Source: Octopus sinensis
Taxonomy: Eukaryota
NCBI RefSeq assembly: GCF_006345805.1
Contig: NC_043012.1
Span: forward strand, 27,528,001-27,592,000
Reading direction: 5' to 3'
DNA: 64,000 nucleotides
Part shown: piece by piece, positions 51,108-64,000 of the stretch
Position numbering within the stretch: position 1 is the first letter of the stretch
How the letters are laid out: each line of letters begins with the position of its first letter
The notes under the pieces: model-generated
What the model was told of the DNA's origin: nothing
Database searches by the model: none
What the model saw: only the letters and a program-made list of their open reading frames with translations
Translations under genes and position numbers: made by a program

Positions 51108-53913
51108 AATTGAGATAGGGGTTGTAAATGCAACCCACCATGGGATACCATATATCCAATATACTGCTAGTGAGGTACCCAACAAAGTTAATACATAAAT
51201 GTTAAGAATTGCGATACAATTACTTCATTTATTGTATTATATGGGCAAAGGTAAAATGTTTTACCACAAATTCATAATACAAAATAAGAACATGGAGAAA
51301 TACATCGAAATCAAATATCAATTACCAGATAATACTCAATCACATACTTTATTAAACCACTACATAAGAAACTATAAGGTTAAACATAATAATGCAGGGT
51401 AAAACAGTGTACATGAAGGAGTGTACATAAAATAGTAATGTTATACAATAAGTAGAATACGTATAATAGAACATAAATATAAGTACACATAAATATAAAT
51501 ATAGACTATATCTTACAGCTGTTTCGGCCATGTAGATAAGCATGTCTCATTCAACTCATATTAGATATTTATGGTAGGTCAATATGTAGTTATAAATGAG
51601 ACATTTACAAAAACATCGTAAGGCCTCTTCGGAGATTACAAATTGGATTACATATATACTTATAAAGGTGAGGGTATATACCCATAATAAAACATATACA
51701 TATTTATATGAGTGCATATACTCATACTCATATACATATAAATATAAATATACATAATGATATAAATAATAAAAATTAATAAACATACATATGCTCCACA
51801 TTCAATGTTACAGTTTTTCAACTTAATGTTGTGATAATTACAATGTAGAAAAACATACACATATTAATATCTAAATGCAGATATAGAGAGTCAAGGTTAC
51901 TTTCTATTAGTTCTTATTAATTTCCAAAATGTCATTAATGCTAGCATCATTATCATTGTTGTTACCACTAATGCTACCAATATCATTATTCATATTATTA
52001 ATAATAACGCTAATACTAGAGAAACAATACCTAAATTCATTATTAACAGTATAGTCACAATAGTATTACAACACCGTGCAAAGTGTTATATATCCGCATA
52101 TACATACGAAATATGAAGTACCAGTTTATACTACATTAAATCCACAGATGTACATATGTAAGTCCGATTTTAAGTTTATAATTTTCCTTGTGACATAAAT
52201 ACACTATTATTTCAGAAATAATTACAGATCTAGCGCTAAATTATGATTGGCCTGTGGGTTTGAATTTAAATTACCATTGTCTTTCCTACAGTTGGTTTGT
52301 TGATAGCTTTAGGTTTCTACTACACTAGCGTAGGCAAGGGAAAAACTATACCAACATTTGTACACACACATACACGTACACGCGTACATCCGCACATATA
52401 CACATACACATATACTCTCATGCACCATGTCTGCAAACTTTCGCATATATTTATATACACATCCAAATATTCATTTGCGTCCTCACACACATAAGAAAAG
52501 CATATATATATATATCCAACCATGAACATACATATCAATACAAAAACATACATACACATGTGTATACATATGAATACTTTCCGACATATCATATGTCTGT
52601 CATCGAGTGGCGTATAGATAAGCCAGCGCAGGCAGGGAAATCTATAGCAGCGTTTATACACTCACACATACACTCACATGCACATCCGCACATATGTATA
52701 AACATTAATACACTCCTATATACTGTGTCTGCAGAGATTCGCATATACATATATACACATTCAAATGTATACATGCGCACCCATACGTATAAGAAATTAT
52801 ATATATATATATATATATAATATATATCCACCCATGACTACACATATACATACAAAAACATACATATACACATATATATACACATATGGATATATTTCGA
52901 CGCATAAACATATATACATAATCAGATACGTACTTGCGTACTCATATGCATAAGAACAACATACACCCTTATATCCACCTATGAACATATATATACATAC
53001 AAACACATACATACACATACATATAGAGGAGTGTAATAGGACTATTGGTAGGAAAATTAGGTGCTATTTAAATCTAGAGAAAGTATACGCCAATTTGTGA
53101 AGGCAGAAAAAATTTCTCTTGTTAATGTTATTAATAATGGGTAGGCCAGCCTTGATGATGAAGAAAATTTCATTGATACATAAAGAGCATTTTTTATTTC
53201 TACTATTGTATACAGGTGCAGATGTTAGTATTTCCCAATCCAATTTAAAATCTATGTTCTTACTCTTGAGTTCCCAGATATACGTACTAAGTAGAGTTCA
53301 TCCTATTTTTATTTTTAAAAGTATATCTATGATAGTTTAGCCGTTGTTTTACTACTATATTTTTCAAGCCGGGACAAAAACAATCAATATAGAACATATG
53401 TATGGAGATAGTTGCACCAATGTACACCTTGCTATTATATTGTGTATTTACAGTGCATTGGTAAACTACCTCTTTCCTCAGGCATTTATTACCAAACACA
53501 CATTGGTTCCTGCTTCTGCAATTGCAGCTATTAACAGATTGAGGAGATTTAACCTTGGCAGAAATCCCCCTATCCCTATTCCTATTGATAGCATTGCACC
53601 TATTTTCATTACTACCCAGGTTTATCCGTCTGTCATTATAGAAGCAATCCAATTTCCTGTTGTTAAAGGAGGAAATGATGGTGGCTAGATTATTTGTAAT
53701 GCTATATCGTATTCTAATAGTTCTATTGTTAATTATTTGGCTAAATTTGTTCTTACCCATAGCAGATTGTCTATATATTATGTTATGAATTGTTCTGACT
53801 ATATCTGCTTTAATCTGCATTGCATATGGTATTATAAGCCATAGTGCATCTTCATCACTATGTGGATTACTCATCAAATTGTTATCTTTGGGAAAAATCC
53901 CATTACGCTTCAA
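51104..53913 (-). mobile_element. Penelope-like element 3' half: GIY-YIG domain + long 3' region + P2 pseudo-LTR
   Basis: CNCRSRNQCVFGNKCL..VVYQC..VYIG..LNYHRYTF..YIWELK..CSLCINE (53913-53070); terminal repeat shared with the other P2 copies. Confidence 0.88.
51510..51636 (-). ncRNA. Hammerhead motif, CCGAAGA core variant
   Basis: ATCT-CCGAAGA-GGCC...GGCC-GAAA-C AGCT G-TA-AGAT; sense to the PLE ORF. Confidence 0.65.
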
Positions 53914-54119
53914 ACCTATATTCTTTCTACCTTTAATATTGTCAATGTAATGCCTAGAATTCCACTTTGGATTAGTTTTGTTAATGTCGTTATTATTATT
54001 ATTATTATTATTATTATTGTGTAGATGAACTTCACTATTGCAATATATATTATCATTGTTATTATGCCTACTGTTAATATCCCCACTATCATTATTGTGC
54101 GCTAAGTTATTTGGACTAA

Positions 54120-54500
54120 TGTTAACAGCTGAAAGTTGGCAGAATCCCCAAGGACATACTCTACGGAGAGCTTGCTTGGGGTACTATGTCTGTGGGTAGA
54201 CCGTTCTTACGTTACAAGGATGTTTGCAAAAGGGACATGAAGGCCTGCAACATCAATATTAGCAGCTGGGAAGCAATTGCCAGCAACCGTAAAGATTGGT
54301 GACGTACCGTAAAAGAGGGAATACAAAGGAGTGACAGAGAGAGAGAGAGGAGAAATGGAAAGACAAGAAAAGACGTCAACAAGAAACTGTGACACTACAA
54401 CCAGCCAGGAACAGTCTTCGCTACATTTGCGGTACCTGCCAGAGGGAGTGTTTGTCCAGGATAGGATTACACAGCCATAGCAGGAAATGTATCAGGACAT
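54120..54500 (+). mobile_element. RTE (BovB-like) C-terminal fragment
   Basis: LRYKDVCKRDMKACNINISSWEAIASNRKDW. Confidence 0.75.
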
Positions 54501-54726
54501 GACATGTAAAAGCTGGACTATATATATATACACACGTATGTATGTATAAAATACAAAATGGGACAAGAACGCAAAACATCCGGACAAGCAGGTGATGCAA
54601 AAAGGGACAACGAAACATCCAGATAGACGATACAAAAAAACAAGGCGGTGTCATTCAGAGCTTTCTATCCTCAGTCAAGAACCAGATCATACTTGCAATT
54701 TCAGCTGATTAATCTTGAGATTGCAC

Positions 54727-54839
54727 CAATCTGTCCAGCCCCAAGGAAAAACTAAGCTAAGAGCATTAGATTATTTGGAAGTTTCTTCCAAATAATCTAA
54801 TGCTCTTAGCTTAGTTTTTCCTTAGGGCTGGACAGATTG
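54727..54839. repeat. 55-bp-arm palindrome with a 3-nt loop
   Basis: caatctgtccagcc..tttggaag ttt cttccaaa..ggctggacagattg; one mismatch. Confidence 0.95.
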
Positions 54840-55178
54840 TTGATGCACCGAATGTATAGAAAAACAAGGATGGAAAAACAGACGATGTTACACAAATGTC
54901 AATACAATATAAATACAATAAAGATAATAATAACAGGACATAACAAGTGTCTTTCGACTGGGGATGAATTGGATTAAGCTGGCATGTGTGGTAATGAAGC
55001 CTTATGGCAGAGATACTAAAATTTCACAAGTGCAGGGAAGAATATGTTGCATGTACCACAGTCAGACCCAAAAAGAGTGAGCAGTCTGGCCTATCAGTCA
55101 CGTGGGAAGAGAAGAGAGAGAAAAATATCCATACATATGTATATATATATATATATTTATATATATATGTATATAGAC

Positions 55179-55583
55179 GCAGGAGTGGCTGTGTGGTAAG
55201 TAGCTTGCTAACCAACCACATGGTTCCGGGTTCAGTCCCACTGCGTGGCATCTTGGGCAAGTGTCTTCTGCTATAGCCCCGGGCCGACCAATGCCTTGTG
55301 AGTGGATTTGGTAAACGGAAACTGAAAGAAGCCTGTCGTATATATGTATATATATATATGTATATGTGTGTATGTGTTTGTGTGTCTGTGTTTGTCCCCC
55401 TAGCATTGCTTGACAACCGAAGCTGGTGTGTTACCTCCCCGTCACTTAGCGGTTCGGCAAAAGAGACCGATAGAATAAGTACTGGGCTTACAAAGAATAA
55501 ATCCCGGAGCCGATTTGCTTGACTAAAGGCAGTACTCCAGCATGGCCGGTCAAATGACTGAAACAAGTAAAAGAGTAAAAGAG
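55179..55583 (+). mobile_element. Full-length tRNA-derived SINE
   Basis: Pol III A/B boxes (tggctgtgtggtaag; ggttcagtccc), internal (TA)/(TG) tract, tail cagcatggccggtcaaatgactgaaacaagtaaaagag. Confidence 0.9.
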
Positions 55584-55607
55584 ATATACATAATACATAC
55601 ATATGTA

Positions 55608-55714
<107 letters not shown>

Positions 55715-55725
55715 TTATATATATG

Positions 55726-58189
55726 AACAAGTTAGTAGTGGGGGTGGATACTCAGAGAGTGTTACCACTAGAATAAGAATAGCCTGGCCAAAGTTTAGAA
55801 AGCTCCTACCCCTACTAGTGACAAAGGGTCTCTCATTCAGAGTGAAAGGTAGATTGTACGATGCAAGTGTGCGAACTACCATGCTTCATGATAGTGAAAC
55901 AAGGGCTGTGACTGCAGAGGACATGTGTAGGCTTGAAAGAAATGAAGCTAGCATGATCTGCTGGATGTCCAGTGCCAGTGTGTATACATGACAGAGTGTA
56001 AGTGTCCTGAGAGAAATGCTGGACCTAAGAAGCATCAGATGTGGTGTGCAAGAGAGACGTCTGCACTGGTATGGTCATGTACTACAGATGGATGAGGAGA
56101 GATGTGTGTAGAAGTGCCACTCCCAAACTGTTGAAGGAATCTCGGGTAGAGGTAGAGGTAGAGGTAGACCCAGGAAGACATGGGATGAGGTTGTCAAGCA
56201 TGACCTTCGAACGTTGGGTCTCACAGAGGCAATGACGAAAAACCAAGACCTCTGGAAATATGCTGTGACTGTAAAGACACAACAAATAACATGAGTCCAT
56301 GGCTGTTTCCTGCACCAGCTTCACATAGAAGCCCCAGCCCATCCAAAGTGCCTTGGATCGCAAAACGGCCTGCTGTACTAGGGATAGATGAATGGTTAGT
56401 GAGAGCCGTACGAGCCATGTACAGGGATGCTGTTAGTAAGGTGAGGGTTGGCAACGAGTACAGTGAAGAATTCCAGGTAGAGGTAGGAGTCCACCAATGT
56501 TCAGTCCTCAGCCCCCTCCTATTTATCATAGTCCTCCAGGCAATAATGGAGGAATTCAAGACTGGATGCCCCTGGGAGCTCCTCTATGCTGACGACCTTG
56601 CTCTAATTGCTGAGTCCCTATCAGAACTGGAGAAGTTTCAGGTGTGGAAGCAAGGATTAGAGTCGAAGGGCCTTACAGTCCACCAAGCTAAACCTAAACT
56701 CCTAATATGTAGGAAGGTAGACAAACCACAAATCCCTTCAGGTTGATGGCCCTGTTCGATCTGTAGAAAAGGCGTAGGTAGAAACTCTATAAAATGTTCT
56801 CAGTGTAAGCTATGGACACATAAGAGGTGGGAAGATAGTTTTTGTATGTGGCAGATGCTCAGGAGCAATAAACACTGAAAATCTGCAGAAAACAACTTCC
56901 GTCACTTTCCAGGGGAAAAAACTAGAAGTAGTTGATAGCTTCCGTTACTTAGGTGACCAAGTCAGTACTGGGGGTGGGTGTGCTGAAAGTGTAACTGCTA
57001 GAATAAGAATAGCCTGGGCAAAGTTCAGAGAGCTCTTACCTCTGCTGGTGACAAAAGGCCTCTCGCTCAGGGTTAAAGGCTGGATGCATGACACATGTGT
57101 ACGAACAGCCATGCTACATGGCAGTGAAACATGGGCCGTGACTGCTGAGGACATGCGTAGGCTCATGAGAAATGAAGCCAGTATGCTCCAACGGATGTGT
57201 AATGTCAGTGTACATACTCGACAGAGTGTAAGTACCTTGAGAGAAAGCTGGATCTAAGAAGCATCAGCTGTGGTGTGCAAGAGAGATGATTGTGCTGGTA
57301 TGGTCATGTGGCGAGAATGGATGAAGATAGGTGTGTGAAAAAGTGCCAATCCCTAGTGATTGAGGGAACCTGTGGAAGAGGAAGACCCAGGAAAACCTGG
57401 GACGAAGTGGTGAAGCACGACCTTCGAACATTAGGCCTCATCGAGACAATGACTAGTGACTGAGACCTTTGGAAATGTGGTGTGTGTGAGAAGACCCGGC
57501 AGGACAAGTGAGTCCATCCTGTGTCCTTTGCCAGGGATGTAGCCAGCCCACTTATGCATGCCTTTCCTTCCTTGGACACGCGAAGACCTGTTGAGGCAAG
57601 TGAAGTCAAAATTGAATTTGAAATTGAACCTCATCCGACGACTAGCACCCATGCCAACCTCCCTTCACTGGACACTAAACTCTGCTTGTGAAGACCTGTT
57701 GGGGCAAGTGAAATCAGAATCGAAATTGAACCAATCCAATGACTGGCACCCGGCAGTTGCCAGTGCCGCTGGACTGACTCCTGTGCAGGTGGCAAGTAAA
57801 GAAACATTGTTTAGACCCTATGTTTGAGGAGACCTATTGAGTCAAGTACATTAACATCACAAATCAATGGAAATTGTAGTTGTGATCTCTGTGCCGGTGG
57901 CATGTAAAAAGCACCATCCGAACGTGGCCAATGCCAGCGCCGCCTTGACTGGCTCCCAAGCCGGTGGCACGTAAAAAGCGCCAATCCGATCGTGGCCGTT
58001 GCCAGCCTCGCCTGGCACCCGTAAAAAGCACCCACTACACTCACAGAGCGGTTGGCGTTAGGAAGGGCATCCAGCTGTAGAATCACTGCCAGATCAGACT
58101 GGAGCCTGGTACAGCCTTCTGGCTTCCCAGATCCTGGTCGAACCGTCCAACCCATGCTAGCCTGGAAAACGGACGTTAAACGATGATGA

Positions 58190-58192
<3 letters not shown>
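55726..58192 (+). mobile_element. Two tandem RTE LINE 3' fragments, the second with 3' UTR and (GAT)n tail
   Basis: [18 protein letters not shown]; VGVHQCSVLSPLLF, LYADD; 3' UTR matches the reverse complement of 43932-44600. Confidence 0.9.
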
Positions 58193-58228
<36 letters not shown>

Positions 58229-58230
58229 CA

Positions 58231-58302
58231 GGTCTCATGGTGTAATGGTTAGCTTTCTGGACTTTGAATCCAGCGATCCGAGTTCAAATCTCGGTGAGAC
58301 CT
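58231..58302 (+). tRNA. trnQ-TTG: tRNA-Gln (anticodon TTG), gene or retroposed copy
   Basis: 72-nt cloverleaf; acceptor GGTCTCA/TGAGACC, anticodon stem CTGGA/TCCAG, T arm GTTCAAATC; D stem weakened (U11-U24, G10-U25); TTTT at 58307-58310. Confidence 0.85.
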
Positions 58303-58511
58303 TAAATTTTAAATGGCGGTGCCCCAGCATGGCCACAGCTCATGAGCTGAAACTAGAATCAATCAATCAATCAATACATATGCATACATATATATATATA
58401 TATATATATACATACAGCTATATATATATATATATATACATACATAAACATACATACATATACATACATACCTATATATATATATATACACACACACACA
58501 GACATATATAT

Positions 58512-58542
<31 letters not shown>

Positions 58543-61237
58543 AATATATATATCTGTAAATGTAATATGTGACAGTTATCCGGTAGCCAACTTTGAAGTG
58601 AATCTAACGGTTTTTGTTTGTAAATGGCTTATAAACACCCTCTACGCTGCAATTGTTTTCGTTGTAGCACATGATATCAGACTAGGTCACTTGCTATGCA
58701 AGTACATCTCCGTAATATATGTGTGTATGTATATATATATATATATATATGTCCTATTTAAGCGTACCTGCGCTAGTTAGCTGTGACTAGTCGATCCTAC
58801 AACGACTACGTATTCCATAACAAATGTTCATACAAATTCGGTTGAAATTGTGAGTGTGTCTATATATATATATATATATATTTATTTATATATATATATA
58901 TATACACACACACACATGTGTGTGTATTTATAAATCTTGTAGAAAAGGAAATACGTAAACTATCGAGTATTGTACTTCCGTTCTGTCTCGCGCATGTTCT
59001 CTTGTCTTTCCGTTTGCTGACATTGCCTGAGTGAGTTGGTCTCAATTTTTCTCCCTGTTTAATCGGTTTGCAAATTTGTATTTTCTCTTCATCATATATA
59101 TTTTTCACTTTCATTATATTCGTGTTAAACTACTACGTCATACTGCTAATTTTTTTTCGTGATTTTAATTAATTGATGAAAGTTATTAATGCGAATGTTA
59201 CCGGGCACTGTTGTCTTTGAAATAGCCATTAGCGAGTTTTCTTCGTGATATATAATTTGATTTAGTACGAATGGTGATCTTTAGTAGGCGATATATTTTG
59301 GAATGGGTAACCAATTGCTTCATTTTTTTTTTTAAGCTGAAGAAGAAAATTCCTTTTATTCAATGGTGAATGAATGTTCAGAGAAATCCATGCGTTTCAA
59401 GTGAAGTCACTTGATCTGCTACAAATTGGAAACTGTCCTCATAATGTAATTCTAACAGATTATTGCATGGTATTTATGTTAGTTAGCGTTTCTCACAGAC
59501 TTCATAGAAGATTCCTCGTGTTCTTGGATAAGTTTGTCGCTAGCTATTGTAAATCTTCATTGCCTACAATCGTATGTTTTCCACGTTTGTTTTTTAATAT
59601 TTCTCAAGATTTTAACCGCGAAATACATATTGAGATTAATGCAGATGTTATTTCTAACTCACCTATGATCATATGTATCAAGCCTATAACTATACTAGGG
59701 TTTTACTTAAAGTCGGAATTGTCTTCATAAGCCTGCTTCGCGGGTTCAAATTGGCAAAAAACCTACCCTTTCATACCTAATTTTCGACATGTTTTCTCAT
59801 TTGCCTTTTGGTATTTACCCAGCGTCATCATTTTCGGTCAGTTTCATTCAGTATTGCAAATGAAAACTTGTTGCAAATCGTTCAAAATTTTGCGAAAGTT
59901 AGGTATTATGTTTTCATTCTTTTATGCCGATTTGTCACTTTATTCAATAAAAATTAGTTTTGTTAGAAATAAAAGCCACGTGTTATCGTTTATCCTAGAG
60001 TGTGTACCACTTAGAATAGAATTTTACGCAAAAAATCCGAGTTTTTTTTTTTCTTCTTAGTGAAAATCGTGTGGGTGTTAATCTGTAATTTTACCGAATT
60101 TTTTAGAAATTATAAATAAGCAGTCGAAGGAGGGGGTAAAGAATATGCACACGCGGCTTTTAGAGTTAGTGTTACAATGAAAAGGAAAAAAAATGATTGT
60201 TTTCTTTGAATCCTGCTGAACAAAACAAAGTGTAAAAGAATGTTGTACGCCTCTGTGTGAAAAGTCTCGCAGGATCCGAAAATATATATATATATATATA
60301 TTATGAAGCGAAAATAAACACAATTTATTACACGAATCTGTTACCACCACGCGACAGTCAACTATTTGATGCCGAACACGAGTTTGATGTTGAATACATC
60401 CACGAATTTTCCGCTCAGATAGCTCTATCTCTATCACTAATTTGTTCACCTCGCCTGCGAGCCATCTAAAGTTAATAATGATTCTGCTAATACCACGTGT
60501 AAACATGTGTTGAAGAGAACTCACTGAATAAATCTTAATTAACTGTGTTTTCAATTGTATGCACCTGACATATGCTAGCGTGTATGCAGCCAAACTTTTC
60601 ACACAGGATAAATTAAACGAATATGAAAAACTTGCGGGATATCTAAACGGCATAGATTACGATTATAAAGAAATTTGTGGGGAAATTTTTTTCCGGCGGA
60701 AGGAAGAGTGGACTTTCAAAGAGAAGGATTTTTTTTTTTTTTCGCGTGAGTGTAATAGAAATATTTGGAAAAAAATGGCACTGCATACGGAGAGTGGACC
60801 CACGCAATTCAGTGACATCCGAGATAAAAATAACAACAAAAAACTCCACGTATAAATATGGGTAAACTGTAAATTGGTGAGGCGGGTGTATCTAAAAACA
60901 AATTTTGAACCTGAAATAAGATGTTACATCGAAATTAGGGTACTGTTTAAGAGGAGTTGTCTCGGTGCGCATCCGCGCTAGCTAGTCGATCCTGCGACTA
61001 CCTGGCGCGTCGTAAAGAAAAGTGAAAATGAAACAAAGTTTTGAATAAAATGTTATTCAAAAGTGAGCCATTCTGAAAGATGTTTTAGAATGTTCTGGTC
61101 ACATTCATCCCCAGTTTTCCCGTATCCCCCCACCCCAAAGAAACTGAATGCTACTCGAAAAATGCAAAGCGCAGATTCAAGAATATGATGGGGGTACACA
61201 AAATCACCCTTCACCAGTTTATACATGTAGAGGGTTT

Positions 61238-61464
61238 GGCAATCTTACGGTTCTAGTATATTTTACGTCAAATGACCGTGTATTTGTTTATATATGATCG
61301 TCGATTTCCGTAAAAACTTTTATTTTTACATATGGAGTTGGGGGGGAAATGGGATCTTTTTTTTTTTTTTAGTAATGAAACCCTAACCCCAAAGATCCCA
61401 TTTCCCCCCGACAATTATACACGTGGTCATTTGACGTAAAATATACTAGAACCGTAAGATTGCC
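61238..61464. repeat. Nested inverted-repeat element (MITE-like)
   Basis: Perfect 40-bp IR (61238-61277 / 61425-61464) enclosing a ~19-bp IR (~61340-61359 / 61391-61409) around a T-run and accctaacccc. Confidence 0.85.
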
Positions 61465-61899
61465 ATGAGCCCCCTTTAATTTTGCTCCAAATTGCTTTGA
61501 GTTTTGGTTTATCGATGCAACAACGAATTTTGATAACGATCGACCAATTACTTTATTTTTTATGTTATTAGGAAATTTGGGTAATAGCCAATTATCAGAC
61601 ATGTTAATACAGTTTCTTGGCATTGTGAAGGTGAATGAAATACATGAACTTAGTATATTATCTTGACATTATTTTTGAATTCTGCATGCAAAATCATTAT
61701 AAGAAGCCAAACGCGAAAACGTTACTCAACTTTGAAGTTTTGGAGATAAACGCCCCCAGTGGGGTGTTAAGCAAAGTATTTGGAAAGCGGATATGAAAAA
61801 ATAAATGTGCACTCTCGGAAAATTCAGAAGATCCAATTTTTCCATCATAATTTCCCTATAAAATGGATATATATTGATCTCTTTTTTTTTTCTACAGAA

Positions 61900-63737
61900 T
61901 TTTGTTTCCGTTTTAGTTGGAGAATTGTTCTGTCAACGAAAATGTCAGTATCTATAAGGTCGCTCGGCTAGGAAGATTCCAAGCGAGCTCAACCTCAGAC
62001 ACTAGACCATGCCCAATAAGAGTAATCTTTTCTTCTGATCAGGAGGCTTCAACCTTTCTGAACAGGGCTCAGATGCATGCCTGGGAGGACCCCAATATGG
62101 GTTTTCGCGAGGAATACTCATTGAGAGAGAGAATTCGCCGGAGAAAACAGATGGTAGAGAAGGGTTTACGCATCCAAGATGGTCAAATAATCAAGTCCTA
62201 CCTCTGGTCGCATGCTGACAGGGAAAGTGAATTGAGGGCGAATCGAAGTAAAGTAGATACCCCGTCAACGATGCTATCTCTGATACCCCTTATTCTGCTT
62301 GTTCCCCAACTCCCACCCCTCAAACTTCATAGCTCAGCATCGTCTATGCCAACTCGTGCTCCTTATTTCCAAAGTTCAGCAAACTATTTACACTGGCCAT
62401 GCGTGATTCCCCTGATGTGATAGCTATCACAGAGACTTGGCTGACTCCAGCAGTAAAGGACTCAGAAATCCACCTACAGGGCTAAGCTCTCTTCAGATGT
62501 GAAAAAAAGGCGAGGTGGAGGTGTTGCTGTGTATGTTAAATCTGATCTCAAACCGTCCAGCGGTATTCTACCCACTAGCTCAACCTACAACAAAATTCGA
62601 TGCCGTCTATTGCAAGCTGAGCCTATCCGGGTTTTGCCTGCCCGTCTTAGCTGTCTACAGGACGATGCTCATTTACTCGAAGCAATAAGATTCGTTTTGG
62701 CTTCTCATGACTGTTTGATATTAGGAGACTTCAACGCTCCCACAATCGATTGGCCCGCATCAATTTGTACATCACCTTCCCAGTTCGGCCAGGCCCTTCT
62801 TGACGTGGCTGAAGATTGTTTTCTATCGCAACATGTTGAATATCTGACAAGGCATCGATCTGGGCAGCAGCCATCTATGCTGCATCTGGTATTCTCCCGC
62901 TATCCAAGATCAGTGTCAGACGTATCTGTGTGCGCCCCTCTTGCCAAGTGTGATCATGTGGTCCTGAAGTTCGTCATGCACACAACTTTTTCTACTCCCA
63001 CGACTACTTTGCTGCCATGTAGAGTCTTCTCTGCAATTAATCTTGAAATTCTAACCGAGGCTTCTGGACTGGCGATCCCTGATGACGTTGTCCTCAGTTG
63101 ACTGACCAGGCAGTTCCCAATTGGGCTTCCCAAGAAGAAGAAACACAAGCTCTGGGTGACGAATGTTAAACGAGAACTTCGACTCCGAGAATTGGGCTGA
63201 ATTCAAAAATCTGGATTCGACTGCAGCTTTTGAGGTGTACAAAACTCAATGAGACCAAGCCGTGAAAAGGAAGAACGCTTCAGATATGAATACAAAATCG
63301 CGGCAAACGCTAGTAGCAATCCAAAAACCTTCTTTGCCCATGTCCAACGGAATTCCCGCTTGAACAACCAAATTGCAACGTTGGTAGACTTAACAGGCGT
63401 ATCGATTGAGGACCCTTATCAACAGTCAATTATTTGCCGAGGCTTTTTCAACTATTTTTAAACAAGATGACGGTCGTGAACCCCCTCCATTTGATAGATC
63501 GGTACCTCCAATGCTTCGATTGGTCATCACGCGGGACGAAGTCGAACGCGTTGTTCAAGGCCTCGATGTCAACAAGGGTGACGACATACACCCACAGGTT
63601 ATCAAAGCGTTGGCTCCGGCCATCTGCGAGCACTTAACACGGTTATTCAATGTCATTGGCGACGGGGGTTATACCTGCGGACTGGAGAAGAGCGATTCTC
63701 TGCCCAATTTTCAAGAAAGGGAGCCACGAAGACCCTC
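61900..63737 (+). mobile_element. CR1-group LINE 5' half (ORF1 C-terminus, APE domain, start of RT), decayed
   Basis: RLGR..RPCPIRVIF (ORF1); IAITETWL, GGGVAVYVK, ILGDFNAPTIDW, KCDHVVL (EN); NPKTFFAHV, WRRAILCPIFKKG. Confidence 0.9.
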
Positions 63738-63741
63738 TTAA

Positions 63742-64000
63742 CCCTTTCGTTACTAACCCGGCCGTAGCCGGCCGAAATATTTTTTGGTTCAAAGTGCCAT
63801 ACCCGGCCGTTAGAACCCATTGTTATTTAAATGTAAATTTGAACCCAAATCTCGTTGGTACATTCGTTAAAGCATGTGATTTCACATTGTAAATAGTTAA
63901 GTTATAGTATCCGACATTGCTTGAAGTGATATCTCAACTCAGTGAATTTTGGGGGATTTTTTTCCACACGTTTTTCGGCATCGATTTTTCTTCAACTTTG
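63742..64000 (+). mobile_element. piggyBac-like element end interrupting the CR1 copy
   Basis: TTAA at 63738-63741 followed by CCCTTTCG; LINE homology stops abruptly here; the other end is outside the window. Confidence 0.6.

Overview
Eukaryotic (metazoan), AT-rich, repeat-dominated genomic DNA. The repeat inventory (tRNA-derived SINEs with a GAAACAAGTAAAAGAG tail, RTE LINEs with (GAT)n tails, abundant (TA)n) looks like a coleoid cephalopod, probably Octopus; this is inferred from recognition, not from a search. Host content is limited to one credible first coding exon on the minus strand (13730-13320, gene unidentified), its probable promoter near 15.0 kb, a possible divergent plus-strand exon, and a tRNA-Gln(TTG)-like gene. 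The rest is decayed transposons: RTE and CR1/L2-type LINEs, an L1/Tx1-type LINE, four Penelope-like elements (PLEs), mariner/Tc1/Tigger, Helitron-type and piggyBac-type elements, MITEs and microsatellites. There is no CRISPR array. Read by eye, the window holds about a dozen minimal type I hammerhead ribozyme motifs from several unrelated families. The most unusual locus is 31.9-37.6 kb. There, an L1/Tx1 ORF2 module and a separate ORF1-only module both end at the same 12-mer (GGTGATTGTCAC), immediately upstream of a hammerhead in a ~360-bp repeat, and the ORF1 module carries that 12-mer as a target-site duplication. A second pattern is a PLE terminal-repeat family that forms head-to-head inversions in (TA)n three times, always with one long and one short 3' terminus. 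Boundaries of decayed elements are approximate (about +/-20 bp). No folding, alignment or database search was run.
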